From: Lingula anatina
Taxonomy: Eukaryota; Animalia; Brachiopoda
DNA length: 64,000 nt
Assembly (NCBI GenBank): GCA_051362555.1
Contig: CM120643.1
Coordinates: forward strand, 310,001 to 374,000
Reading direction: 5' to 3'
The stretch's first letter is position 1; every line of letters starts with the position of its first letter. The notes beneath the pieces were generated by a model. That model saw only the letters and a list, made by a program, of their open reading frames with translations. It made no database searches and was not told the DNA's origin. A program made the translations under genes and the position numbers. Below are positions 37,337 through 51,427 of the stretch, one piece after another.

Positions 37337-40300
37337 GTCGAAATGTTTGGCAAATACCTTGAACGGCCAACAACTACCGCTACTAAACCACACCAGGTCA
37401 AGGCGTTCCACTTTAAACAGGGCGGCCATTGTCTTAACTCTTTCAATTTTATTTTTTAGATAATCATTACTAATGTCCAATCTGACTTTTTATCTTATCC
37501 ATAAATATCTTTTTATAAACATAAAAATTATAGCAATAATGTATGTGACCGTGATCAGTCGACATGTCTTACGGAAAATGACATCTAAAAAGGAGCAATT
37601 GCAGGAAAATTGAATCTCGAACTGCAAACCGAAATTGTCGACAAGCACAAATTGTAGAGTGATGTGTTTCGGCCTTGCTTGAACCAAACACGCAAAGAAA
37701 TTCTCCTTTTTAGATAGGTTACTAGTACATACCACATTTCTGGATGTTACAGTTCTGGTACTCCCTGGCAGAACCCACGCACGGGTCGCCGCCATTGGCT
37801 GGAACGGGGTTGTCACATGATCTGTGACGCCACCTCGTGCCACCACCACATGACCTGCTACACGTGCTCCAGTTACCGAACTGCGACCAGCCGCCATTAA
37901 CTTTAATGTAGGAAATAAGTCGCCTTGTGAGAGTGTCACACTCACTGTGCAATTGTTAGTGTTAGTTTTTTTATCAGTTACCATGTTATATTGACATCTG
38001 ATCTTGCCAACCAAAGTCAAAAACTGCCTCCTGTTTTACAAGAGCATTGTTCATGCAATGGAACATTAGTCGACTTTCACCTTATTTCACTATTTTCAAC
38101 CTGTCAGGCAAACGTTATCGCGGTTTTTAAGAGCTAATTAAACCGCACCTAGAAATGTTCCAAAAATCCACAACTGTTCAGAGGTGCGCTTTTGGAAGGT
38201 AACAATTTTCATCTTTAAGCCATGTCAGATTTTAAAGTAGCTATACTTACTTTTCTGAATGTCACAATGTTTCCCCGTCCACCCGTCATTGCAGTGACAT
38301 ATGTAGTCAGAGGGAGATGTAGCGTTACAACTGCCGTGAATACAGACCTGGCCTTCACAGGGATCTGTTGCTAAAAGAGATGGAACACTTGTTTTTACAA
38401 ACATGCCATGTCTCCGGCAACCAAGAATCAAAGTTATATTTTATTCGTTGTTTGGAAGAAATAAAAAAGGGCAAAGCTGTCGCAGATCGTTTACGAAAAA
38501 ATATCTTAAACTCCATATTTCAGCCAAGTGTGTTTTGAGAGACAATTTCGCCCCTTGTGTTTGCCCTTCTATACGTACACGTACATGTATTTGTAAAATG
38601 GATCTACCTATACACTCGCAGTATAACCAAAAGTGTTTTAATGCATACTCCCTATATGTATTTCCCCAACTGAATTTTGGTGAAGTGATTTGTGTCAATC
38701 TTCCCCTGTTTTAATAAACTTTTACATATATAGTGCCCTCGAAATAGAGGGCATTGGTGTGTATTGCTGGCAACAGAAATGTACTGATACGCCTTTTCAA
38801 TGAAAACGTGACCATTGGCATAGAGCAGTAGTTAACGCGTCCTTAGTTACCTGTACATGTATGGTTATCCGCCATCAGTTGGTACCCTGCTGTACACTGA
38901 CACTGGTAACTGCCCGCCGTGTTAGTACACGTGTGAGCACAGCCGCCATTTTTTGTTTGACATTCGTCAATATCTGCATATAAAATATGATAACATTTTG
39001 CTTAATTACTTGATATTCACTTATTCATGTCACACAAGAGCTTGTTTATTAAGTGTATATTATCAACAAAATACAGAAATTATCTTGGCTTCAGCGTCAC
39101 TTTTATTTGCCCATTAACATGGTTTCCGAATTAATCAAAACACAAAACTGTAAATGGCCAAATTTAATAACACGTTATGGCCAAACAAATAATTTATAAT
39201 AATAATATAAATATCCGTCTAGATGTATCTATTTTGTTTACCTGTGCAGGTGTGATTATCAACATGAAGTAAATATCCCTGGGGACAGGTGCAGAGATAG
39301 CTCCCAGGTGTGTTAGTACACAGATGACTACAACCCCCGTTATTGCTTCCACACTCGTTGATATCTGGAGACATTGAACATGTTTTATACTTCGTCTAGA
39401 ATGATACATGTATTTCAGAAAGTGACATAACGTTTCATAAAAACACCAACCCTGAAAACTTGTGCTAGTTTCTACTCAGATAAACCATGGAAGTAAAACT
39501 CCCAGGATATATTGGTATAGGCCTAATATAACACCTTTTATACTTCGCTTAGAGGGATATTTCAGAAACTGAAATAACGCTGAAAAAAAAACCACCAAGT
39601 CTGAAAAAATGTGCCAGCGTTAAATTGTCCAGGCACCTGTATTTCGCTGGCTCTTGTCACCCTTAATTATATTTAGTTTCTAGAAACACTCAGATATACC
39701 ATGAATAATATAATATAATATAATATAATATAATATAATATAATATAATATAATTACCGGTGTCGCATCTCTGTCCTTGGTAACCAACTTCGCATGTGCA
39801 GGCATCGGGTTTGGTGCATGTACCGTGAACACAGCCAGGAGAGCAAATTGCTGAAATATTTTATATTCACAGAACATTTCAATAGATACTATATAAAACA
39901 TGATGATATCCAGCACTGCAGAATTCTTGCAAATAAAGACCAACATTCGGTAAAAATCAATGCTATACCAACTCAAATGTTCAATTTATCACCTAGTGCA
40001 CAAGTAATAGTGTAGATGCCGACAGCACATATCCTCCAATGTCTTATTCCTAAAGAGCATCAACCACAGACCCATAGCCAGCAATTTCTAAAGGAGGTTC
40101 TTTTTCGGAAAAAAGTGAACCTTTTAATATGAAACCTTGATGTTCCTAGATAAAATTTTACCCAGAGCGTACTTTTTCCCAGCAAAAGACCCCCCCCCCC
40201 CCTGGCCAGGGGCATAATCGACATGCCCATAAAATATGATCATCGGGCATTCGTCGCAAAGGGAAAATGAAAGTAAAGTGAGATCGCGACGGTCACACTT

Positions 40301-41638
40301 AACGCGCACTTATTGATCTCCATGAATAGTATTTAATTATTTATAATAAAAAACGGTCTTCATTTGGTCTTCATTTGGCTATACAAACATGTGGCGCAGG
40401 ATTCTCCCGTCTGTTTCCATCCAGGACAGCACTGCTGGACTGCGTAATACTGGGTCTGTTGTCTCGGCTCTGATACATACACTGTCACAGGCCTGGAATA
40501 CAGTACTAGGGTGTTCATTTGGCATTTTATCGAGAAGAATAAAAACAACAACAAAACAAAAAACAAAATACGAGACTCCGTACAATTAAATACACTGTGT
40601 GCGATCCTGATGCAATTGCTAAAACATTCACTGGAACTTGTGGTTACGATCAATACACAATACTTCATATAATATTGGAGTAGGTGACAACAAGGCCTCA
40701 TTGGCAGATGCAACTAGAAAATCACACAGAAACCGCAGACTCTCGCCAAAGGGAACTATGTTTCACTATTATTTCACTAAACTCCCTTTTTTTATGAATT
40801 TGTTAAAAAAAAAATACCAACTTTGTCCTACCTCGCAATGGCGAGGTATCATATGCATGCATTAAATTTTTTGGGATCCAGATGGTGATCTAGATTATCA
40901 CCAAAATTTTACCACTTCTAAGTTCGAGAATTTTTGCTGTTTTGTATTATTATTATTTCATACCGGCATACTTTATGCTTTCTCCTCCGTTTGTCTGTTT
41001 GCCACCATAGAAACTAAAGAGGATTTTGATAAAATTTAGCATGCTACAGCAGAAATTCTCGAACTTAGAAGTGGTAAAATTTTGGTGATAATCTAGATCA
41101 CCATCTGGATCCCAAAAAATTTAACACATCATAACGCGGTCGGCCTACTTTACATAGCACAATACATAACACAGCATACATGTAATAATAAATAAGAAAA
41201 GACATCCTCACTGGCCATCCCGTATTTACCTATAGCGGGTACATCTGCTCCAGAGATTGCACTTGGTGGTGTATTTCTGATACTGCTGTCGACTGACCTG
41301 AGCATAAACCGTCACTGTTCTGCTTCTGGTCTCGGTGCAGACATTCCTACAAAGAGGAGCTTTAAATTGTTATTCATTAGACATCCAGACAACGTAGAAA
41401 GTTTGCCTGAATTTCATTGGACCAGGAACCAACACAAGACACTGACAAGATCAAGATATCAGAGAAGAAACATGCGACGGCTTGCTGGTATGGAGAACTG
41501 GTGGTCATTAATATCTTTGTATTGCCCAAACTATGAGAAGATGGCAGTATCCACTTCTTACCCAGTCAGAGAGTTTGCGTATCCAATTGAAAGAAAAATA
41601 AAAACCAGAAAACCAAGGGTGCTTTCCATAGCCGTCAT
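32471..41638 (-). CDS. Secreted multidomain ECM protein: SP-EMI-EGF-cbEGF-cbEGF-EGF-TSP1-VWC-Thr/Ala linker-VWC (491 aa, 14 coding exons)
   Basis: Exons: 41638-41562 (signal peptide); 41346-41230 and 40492-40389 (EMI: NVC...[11 protein letters not shown]...CCPGW); 39850-39758 (EGF); 39364-39242 and 38973-38851 (DINEC/DIDEC Ca-binding EGF); 38370-38251 (EGF); 37900-37733 (TSP1: [17 protein letters not shown]); 37123-37009 and 35005-34920 (VWC); 34538-34494 and 33853-33788 (linker); 33040-32929 and 32597-32471 (VWC, TGA). All introns are GT-AG, phases are compatible and the total is 1476 nt. Confidence 0.92.
34086..34325 (+). mobile_element. Helentron-associated non-autonomous element (HINE/DINE-1-like)
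   Basis: Subterminal inverted repeats acctccgccaag / cttggcgaaggt, a (GTTT/GTCT) microsatellite, 3' hairpin gcgctctcggagtgc and a CTAG end. A sister copy lies at 63496-63678. Confidence 0.8.
35440..37057 (-). repeat. 118-bp tandem array (about 14 units) containing half an exon and a 5' splice site
   Basis: acttac (minus-strand GTAAGT) occurs at 35467, 35585, 35703, 35821, 35939, 36057, 36175, 36293, 36411, 36530, 36648, 36767, 36885 and 37003. Units are nearly identical, and the last overlaps coding exon 37123-37009. Confidence 0.97.
40862..41124. repeat. Perfect 72-bp inverted repeat with 119-bp spacer
   Basis: 40862-40933 is the exact reverse complement of 41053-41124. Confidence 0.93.
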
Positions 41639-41857
41639 GTTGGTGCCGAGTCCTCGGCTGCAGCAGCTTTACTAGGGCCTACAATGAATATACTATTACT
41701 ATATATGTGGTCAGCTGGACGAGTTCTCACAGTGTACCAGTGACCGGTTCAGTCTTATAATCCCAGTTTATCAGTCCTGTCCAACTGGGTCTATTGCATG
41801 GAAACTGAGGAATTACACACACAAAGCTGACAAAGTAGACTGAATATATGTTGCGTT

Positions 41858-42036
41858 CCAGTCCCGTAGGCAGCAATTTCAAAAGGGAGGTTCTTTATCT
41901 GAAAAGGTGGACCTTTTACCATGAAATCTTGTACTTAGATAAAATTTTATTCAGAGGGGACATTTTCCCGGCAAAAAGGGGGGGGGGGGGGTCTTTTGAA
42001 CCCCCCGACCCCTCTTCTCCCCCGGATTACGGGCCT
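41858..42036. mobile_element. hAT-like MITE
   Basis: Ends cagtcccgta / tacgggcctg. A related partial copy lies at about 40066-40205. The TSD is ambiguous. Confidence 0.55.
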
Positions 42037-45000
42037 GGCCGTTCTGTTCTAGACGTCTTAAATCAGTTATCGTAGTTTGCGGTCGTGCATGTCAGATGTC
42101 AGGGACCCAGTGGAAATAATGGCCTATCTTCGTATGTGGCATTAATTAATCTACTCCTTGCTGCCACCATGATTTAAGCGAACAGAAAGTTCTACACTCA
42201 AATTATTAGATTAACGCTTATGGTGTGGATTTTTTTTTAAAAATCGCCCCAAATGCCACTATATGCACACATACAAAAGTACCGCTACCGCAGCCGTGCT
42301 GGTCTTCTTTAACATAGGCCTACATGTATCGGGTAGGTCCCAGGCTACCATTTCAAGTAGTGCACATGTAATTATATTAAAATTCAATAATATCTAAAGA
42401 AATATACTAAATATGCTAAGGAGTAAGCTGAGTCTGAAGGACTTTTGTTTGCTTGAAGTATCTCAATAAAGCCCTTACTATTCCAGTGAAGATTGCAAAA
42501 TGTCGTTGTGAAGTAAACCGCGTCCCACCTACTGCAATATCACAATTGCCACCTGCAGAAGTGCTGTATCCAAAAGCTGGGTGTGTATAATATACAATAT
42601 GGTATGTAATAAGGTTCGCAGTCTCTATTTTCAATCAAATCCTAGCCATTATGAGCAAGAAATATGGCTTGCAAAAGTCAGTAATAACAATCTTACCATC
42701 GTCACTATTTATATAGCATTGCATTTATTCTGTAGGCACTTTAATAACAAGATTTTAAACGTTTAATGACTGTCTTTCCTATTGTTTATTTTACTCACAT
42801 CATAATTTGAGAAACTTATGAGAAACGTTTATTTTATTTGAAGTACCAATTGATTTTTCTACCTGTGCGTTTTACTTATAATTGTTATTTCTTTTCGGAT
42901 GACAAAATGGGAATGGCTTTTCTTGGAAATACATTAAAGTTGTCCTTTTCAACACGACATCGATACTCACAAATGAATGAGAGGTTCGTCGCCTCGAGGC
43001 ACCGCTGCAAAGCTGAAGAGAAAAAGAAAAGGTTTGTGATTTTGTTTGGACGTTAAATGAAGCAGTAATATGTTTGTATTTTACGTTCAAGGTATTTCTA
43101 TGTAGAAAGAAGTATGAGTGCGATAACCTTACAAGAAGTCGGTGCATTGGACTGTGTAATTATCCGTGATCTGCAACAAAAACACGCCCTCCTTTATTTT
43201 CTTTCATTTTATTCATTGTCTTAGAAAAGATAATTCAGTTTTCAAAAATTAAGAGGAAGATGGATTTCATGTTTTAGTTCATGTTAATGTTCTAGTAACT
43301 GGAGGGGGGGGGGGGGCGTCAATGGCAGCATGCACCACGATAGCAAGGTCTTAGGGTTAAAACACTAGATCCAGATCCAGCTTTTTGGGCCATGCGTTTA
43401 ATCTGAACAGCTGCAGCTTAACAGCTTGCTGCATATCCTGTAAGGACATTTACTGAGGTTATTTCATTCACAACATTAAGTTAAGTGTTGGAGACAGGGA
43501 CCGCGAGTGAAGGAGACAAAGGGTGGTGGACCTACTAATCTAAAATATCAAATGACGAGAGACTTACAGTACTTTTACTGGGGTAAAGACTTATATATAT
43601 GCATATCAAATCAGCTTCGACCAAATCACCTAAATTTTTGGATTCTATATCACATAAAAATTATAGGGCTAACTAAATGTAAGAAATCAGGTTTATCTTT
43701 CAAGGTGTGCATCAGACGTGACACCGCCCTTGCCTACGGTAGTATGCAATGTGACTGTCTCAGCGGGGTTGGAAAGTAGCTCATCTCATCTCAGAATTAG
43801 TTCTGGGGTATGATACTGTGAAATGCGTACTGACACACACCTTGAAAATGGGTAGTGTGGTCTGATCTACCGGTGAATGCGGGATCATTTGGTGCCAAGT
43901 CTGATAGTTGGGTAGGCATGATTATCAACATTGAACAGATAAATGGGTAACATGATCCGGTAGATAAAAAACTATTTGGGGAAAATACTGTGAAGAATAT
44001 TTGATTAAAGGTATCCTGGAAACGGGATTATCCCACCAAATTCAATTTTTTCTGGAGAAAGCAAGAAGTGAAAATGTCAAGATGCAGGTTAGTCATCCCT
44101 TTCAGTATAGCTACACAATTCTACAACAATTGTACTGATGTGGGGAATGAGAAATTCCTGAAACCAAAAACGACCTTTTTATCTCCCAACTGCATCTGTA
44201 TAACTTGAGGTTTTGTGGAATAAGATTCTGAGAAGATTGTATATGTATAAATCTTTTAAATATATATGCATTAATTGTATATTTATAAATTTAATATATA
44301 ATGTACAGATCTATGATATATGCATTTATTATATATAACATATAGATCTGTGATATATGTATTAATCATAATGTTAAGTTTAGTCTTTTGTACCTGGTAT
44401 CAAAAGTTAAGTTTATATTCATTAAAGCAAGATAACCTCTGCAACATATTTTTCATTTATTTCTTTATCTCATTTCTGTCTTGATATAAAGTTCACAGAT
44501 GTGTTTTCATTACGGGGGTATCCAATTGTGATCAGGAAGGGGGGGGGGGATAAAATGCCTATTGACTACCATGTTACTCAACGTGTATTGATCTGTAGGT
44601 AAATGGCTTAATTGGTATGTGAAACAACTGTTTTCATACCAAAGGTCAACAGTTGGAATGTTCAATGGAATAGTTCAATATGTGTCTGTGTGCAGATACA
44701 GTGTATATATAATACTGTATGTATGTATGTATGTATGAAGTAGATGTTCAGTCTGTAGTAAATGTTTAATCCTCAACTTGTTAACTGGGTCAGCTCGGAA
44801 AATTATATCCTACGATAAATATATTTTTCCCTGGTCAGCTTGACCTGAAACTGACCTTGAGGCTTTGCCATCGGTACATATTTTACACCACTCTGAATGT
44901 AGCTTATTAGTATGTCTCCAACCCAACCCAACACAGCTGGTTGATTCGTAAACATTCTGGTATGTTTCAGAGGGCACATTTATAAGGTTTCTGGACATTT

Positions 45001-45543
45001 ATCAAGATTTTCTGAAGTTTATTGTAGAACGGAGCCATTTCAGGCCTTTTAGCCATGCATGTACGGGTGCTTTACATCAATATAGAACAAAAATTAACAT
45101 TATTTACAGTTTCTGTTGATCCAGAGTCTGTATACAATTCCTAGAGTGGAAAAACTAAGCAGAGTTGCAGGTATATCATTCCCACACTGTAGACTTGACA
45201 TAATTCTAACTAGAGAGAGAGAAAAATATGGGTGAAGTGAAGTGAAAACACATGGTATGATATATTGTAGCTAGAGCAAGAGAAAGTATTGCTGTAGTGA
45301 AAACTTGCTTTGGTTACATATAACCAGGATGTCATGGTCTGATGTATAGGAAAATGTGATGTATAGCATAACAATTCTGGTTAGTGGACAGGAAGAGAGG
45401 AAATGTAGGTGAAGTGAAGAGAAATGTATGGCTATAAAAGTAGTCTATCTAGTCTTAGAGTGAGAGAAAATCTAGGACTGAGGCCAAGTGAAAACTTTCT
45501 GGTTACACCAGGATGTTACTGTCTGATATCTGTGTGTGTGTGT

Positions 45544-45574
<31 letters not shown>

Positions 45575-48500
45575 GGGGGCACAGGATATTGTTCTGCTGC
45601 CAAATCTTGATGATCATCCATGTGACTTTGTTAAAACGAAGTGCATGAACTGGTAACCATGTAGTAACCAATAAGCTGTGCAAAGTGTAGTCCACAGGAA
45701 ATACTTACTAGTATATATTCCAACTAACATTCTACCGGGGTGGCAGATTATAGGGAAAAAAGGGGGTCAGAGATAGTAAAATGACTATTTATCTATTAAA
45801 GACATATCTGTGAATATCCTGTGAAAAGTCAATCTCTGGCCGCGGTAGAGGGTTATTCCAACTCATTTTTTTTACATTATGGATGTATCAACTATATAAT
45901 AGTATACTAGTATATGGCAATATATGTATAAATTAATGTTCAAACTACAACGAACTAAATTGATGGTCCACCTGGTTTACCACGGGTCAATAGTTAATAT
46001 AATGTTCATGTTAACATGGTTCAATCATTACAATGACTTCTGTTAGTGTTAAATGTTAATTAATATTTGACTGTTGTTGTCCATATATAATATAAGCACT
46101 GGTGCATTGGTTCCATATCAATATCCTTTACCAGAACTGGTATCCTATTAATATCAAGAGCTTAGAAATACTGCATGGGTTTTGTTGTTGTCTTTTACGC
46201 ATATTCCATTTTATCCTTGAGTAAGACACAGTTGTAACTGTAGGTTACAGTTCATATTTTTTTAACTAGATAAGTTTTTTTTTCAACTCTGTTTTAGTTA
46301 ATGATGTACACCTTAAACAATCCAGGGGTGGATCCAGAGATATTTTCTGACAGTCTTCCAAATTATTTTTGTTGATCCATCCTCCGTTTTGACCGTCTTC
46401 CGACAGAAAAAATTAGATACCTATCAATGTAAACTTAAAAATCTGACCGTCTTCCAGAAGACCCAGAAGATGGCCTAAATCCGCCCCTGTAAGACAGCCT
46501 AAATCTGCCGCTGCAATCCATATAATATTTTAGAGAAAGGAGTGCTATTAGAACACATTCAGAACAGCAGATTAAGTACCAGATCTGCAGATCAAATATA
46601 GCGACCCAGTAAAAAGCTTGTGGCTTAATTCCCAATTAGACGCTAAATAGATTCCCGGCGGGGATTGCGAAACAAGCGTTCAAATGGGTTGACCATGGCA
46701 TACTTGATCCCATGATCTGTTAGTCTGCCGTTCTGAATGTGCTCCTAGGTGTCATTTAACAGCCCTGTATTCTCCCCTGTCAGTCTGTCAAGACTACTTG
46801 CTGAAGATTATTTATAATAATAAATAATTTATACTGAATTGAGTGCTGTTAAATGTGTACAGATATATTTTACGAGCTCTCTATAAAACACATTTTATAT
46901 CTTTGCATAACATTCACAGTCACTTGAATAAAAGATGAAGACTATGATATAATAAATGTCTAAATCCACATATTGGGCTAAATCATGCAAATGGGATATT
47001 GAATGATAAAACAATGACAGACGTGTGACTAAAACTAGTACCAATCTGACTATTGCCACTGATGAATATTTCACTTCATAAAACTATCATCTGTTATATA
47101 CACTTAAATTTTGGGTTCTCGGGTGTTTTTATTTATTTATTTATTTATTTATTAACTTTGTTAAGACTTAAGTATGAACTATAAAATGGTTTCAGTTTTC
47201 CAGTGATGCTAGTATCTGCAGCAGTTTCAAGTGACAGCAACATCTTCAGCTTAATTACTAGTAATACTTTACTGACTGTCATATATATATATACATAGCC
47301 TGCCTTCTCTGTTGAAATGTACTTTGATGGCCTTCTTTACATATTGATAGAAAATTACTAGTACCCACTTTAAGTTCTGTAATTTTGTTTTCTTATCTAG
47401 GAAACAACCAGCAAAGTAGCATTTAAGTAAGATAATATATTAGAATAGCTCTGGAAGATTATTGGAAAATGGGGGTACTGGTACACAGTTTGTAGCTGCT
47501 GGGGGCTTTGATGAGTTTGACACTAATTACGATTTGATACTGACTTAGGAAAACCAAAACAAGTTGTTTTAGTATTGGTAATGCTGGGAAAATAGGGAAA
47601 TAAAGCAATGCAGCTTGGTGAAATCAAATGCAGTATGTAATTACTCAATTTTTTTAATGAGCAGAAATTACATAATTTTGTAAGCACAAACTGTATGCCA
47701 TTTGTTGTGCTTTTGCTGCATTTAATAGAACTCTGGAGCACTCTGCTTTAAATTTTGATGTTTTCACTCAATAGGAATATTTTAATTTTAAGAAATTATG
47801 ATTGAATAATGTAGCATCTGTAAATCACTGTATCAGTAGCCCCAATCTGGTCTGTAGTCTGTATGCTGTGCCCTTGTCACTTTACACTTGATTTAATAAG
47901 AAATCTGGGAGTGTGACTCCCATTGGAATTAACCTTTGTAAGAGTTCACTCAAAATAAAGCTAAACAAACACAAAATCTGCTTGAGTTAGAACAAAGTAT
48001 TAGGAAACAAGACCCTTGTGGGGAAATATGTAATGTGTAATAAAACCACCTGTGACTAATAGTTAACTACATTTCTGTTGTGGTGATTAGGTCTACATGT
48101 CACTGTATAAAGGAAAGAGACGGGATTGACATGCAGCTCAGTTTAGATTATTCTTGTACTGGTACTAGTACATGCATTATTTATTATGACTGTCTGTGTA
48201 CAACATATCCTGTATACATATGCACATACACAAATTGTTATGACCGTTTGCAATAATATATAATATATTCTGTATACATAGGTACATACATAATTTATTA
48301 TGACCGCGTACAGTATATAATAAAATATATCCTGTACTACACTCAAACTGTAGGAAAGGGTGGATGGATTAATTAGGAAAAGTTTATTGGTTCAGCCTTG
48401 CCATTGAAGGTTAAATGATCTGAGACTAAATGGAACTACAGCATATCTAGTGCAGATAACTTACTAGTAGACATCTGATGATTAAATGGAGTTCAAATTC

Positions 48501-48926
48501 TTCAAAAATATCAGATTCACAAGTGAATGATATAATTTCAAGATGATGGCATCAGTTTATACAAGATGATAAAGGATTGACGGACGCTGCTATTCAGAAT
48601 CAAGTGGGATATGTTTTTTCTATTATTCTTCTGGTGTCAGAGATTCTGCAAAATTATTGGATTATACTAAGTACTAGTACATGCATATCAAGCAAAAGAG
48701 GTAAAAAATTATGAAAAAGCTCCCTCTGACATTTTTCGTAGCACACACTTAATGTACACATTTTATACATAGTTTATTATGCATTATCCTCCAAAATGGT
48801 CACTATGTCATAGGAAGTCATGAATTAATGCCGCAAAATTTGTTAGCAACATGAGCTGCTCATTTTCTGTTAATTCAGCTTGGAAAGGCAGGGGTTAGTA
48901 GGGGGTGCTAGGGTGCTGTTGTCTTT

Positions 48927-49152
48927 CACCCCATTTCCATAGATTTTAAGATCGATCCAGCCCTGTGGGGGGGCTCACTAGATTACTGTCAGCTTGGCCA
49001 GCTTAAGTGTCTGTCCCGCCTACTAAAAGCTGTAAGGGGGTAATTAACTATGGTGCCCGCTCAGCTGACTGCAATTTAGCGTGAACCCCCAGGGAGTTAG
49101 GTCGATCTAAATCTTAATCTTTAGATCGATCTAAATCTCTGGGAAAGCACCC
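48927..49152. mobile_element. PIF/Harbinger-like MITE (same family as 17864-18078)
   Basis: The interior is a reverse-complement match to 17864-18078, and the element is followed by TTA. Confidence 0.7.
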
Positions 49153-49748
49153 TTAACATGGCTCCGCAATACATACCATCAGGCCGTGACAGGAAATGTA
49201 TTAAATAGGGATTTAAATAATAATAATACTTCAATGAACTGTAAAATGTCAACATATTACAGGCTGTACAAAACTAATTTTACACACATACACGCACACA
49301 CACACAATACAGAACAAAACAAAACAAAAACAATGAAACAAATAAGACAGGAGGAATAAGAGGCTAATACGACTATATTGTTTGTGATGGGACAGATGTC
49401 ATCCCTATTATCAATCTGGCCACTGAGGCCACCCATTGTGTAGTCTTAAAGTTTATTAGGTGAATACAGTCTTAGAGTTTGTTAGGTGAATCCAGTCTTA
49501 GAGTTTATTAGGTGAATCCAGTCTTAGAGTTTATTAGGTGAATCCAGTCTTAGAGTTTGTTACAAGTAGGTAAATCCCCAGTCTTAGAGTTTGTTAGGTG
49601 AATCCAGCCTTAAAGTTTATTAGGGGAATCCAGTCTTGGAGTTTGTTAGGTGAATCTAGCCTGAAAGTTTATTAGGTGAATCCAGTCTTGGAGTTTGTTA
49701 GGTGAATCCTATCTTAGAGTTTGTTAGGTGAATCCAGTCTTAGAGTTT

Positions 49749-51427
49749 CAGGGTTCTGCCGAGGCCGCGATTCTGCGAGATTCTCGCCAAAAAAATAAAA
49801 TTCTCGCACAAAAATTACCAAAGATGCGAAAATTCTCGCATACAAACCGAGTGAGGGTGCTATCATTGTTCTTGAGATGATAAAAGACACATTGAGAGTG
49901 GCGTCTAAAATTGTTTATCTAAATAATCATCACCGGTATAAATTTCTTCGCATCGTCCGCTGCATTGACTTGTTAACACAGTGTAGCTAACGTCGTCATG
50001 TGTGTGTTTCCGATGTACCCTCGTAAGAGATCGTTTCAAGCAGCGTCGTCATTTGTTGTCGTAATATCAATAGTACCTCTTCATGACTACAGTCCAATCG
50101 GCAATCCTCGTGTGACTCCGCTGCACTAAAGTTAGTTGAGCGATTGAGCGGTTCTCTCATTTCGCGGGATAGTCAACCAAATGATAGACGGCGTGACAGT
50201 GATATTCAACCTGATGAAGCGTGGTTAAAGTGGCGGCTTCCGCGCCGAAACGAAAGTTAAAAAACAAAGATCGATTTTAAGCTTTATGCCAAAGTCTACG
50301 GCAAGCGGTGGAAAATCAGGTCAGACTCCTGTTAATCCCCCTCAGATGAATCCGTCTCTCCGCCTGACAAGTCGGAAACAAATTTCTGAAGTTGCGACTC
50401 CAGATGAAAATGACAGTTCGTTGACGATAAAGGTATGTTCATTCCGTGGCATTTTTATTTTACGTTTTGGAAGGACACTTGACACTTCGTTTGAAAATGT
50501 GAAAGAAAGTAAAAAAAAAGGTAATAGGCCCGTTTTTGATACGTTTATTCCTCTATATGTGAGTATGATAATATGAAAAAGAAGTTAAAAAAGTAAGGAG
50601 GCCCGTTTTTGATATGTTTATTCCTATCACTCTATAGTGTATATATGTGTGTGTGTGTGTGTGAGAATAAAAATTTGAAAAAAAGGAAATGTTTAACTTT
50701 AATGAAGAAGTAAGGAGGCCTGTTTCTGATATGTTTATTCCTCTGTATATGTGTGTGAGGATACTAATTAGTAATTTGAAAAAAAAAAGTTAGGGCCTCC
50801 TAATCAAGGATATTTTCATAGAATGCACTCAATCAAATGTGTGACCTATATTTTTTACTTTAGCCTTTATTTTAAAAAGTAGTCAATATTGTGAAACTGA
50901 TAAATCAAAGATAAAAATGTCCTTCCCAAACACTATTATGCAATTTTTCCTGATAAAAGTGTTAATTAAGTCATGATTAATCATCAAAACCTAAAAATTC
51001 TTTTGGATTGTGGTGTCTGGTTCCAGAAATTACAAGTTTGTAAGTAGGAAAAATTTTAACTTTTCTTTAATTTTAGGTCTGCAGACCAAATACCATCAAA
51101 GGGCCTGAAAGAAAGAAACCGAAAGTAGTGCCACAGAAATTTCAACACGATTGGTTAAGAGATTATTCTTGGCTCTGCTATGATAATGAGGCAGATGCTT
51201 TATAAAAAAATCATTTGCAACTGTATATACATACTGCCTATGTAAAGTTACTTTCAAAGTTGAATCAGTTCAGTTTGTGAACTTTAATAAAATACCAGAC
51301 TAGCAGTGTATGTTTTTACGTAAAATATCATTTTTCCTGATCTCCCACTATTTCTCAAAATCTCCCCAACTTTTATGCTCAGAGGGGAGAATTCTCCCCC
51401 CTTTTTTGAGACCTTGGCAGAACCCTG
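49749..51427 (+). mobile_element. Internally deleted hAT transposon with a TTF-zinc-finger remnant
   Basis: TIRs cagggttctgccgagg / ccttggcagaaccctg and duplicated target gagttt. Relic coding segments: KKQRSILSFMPK (about 50260) and, after a ttttAG acceptor at 51077, KFQHDWLRDYSWLCYD (start of a ZnF_TTF), truncated at about 51204. Confidence 0.85.

Noticed and set aside
49441-49748. 26-bp repeats as CRISPR direct repeats
   Set aside because: Head-to-tail minisatellite with no spacers.
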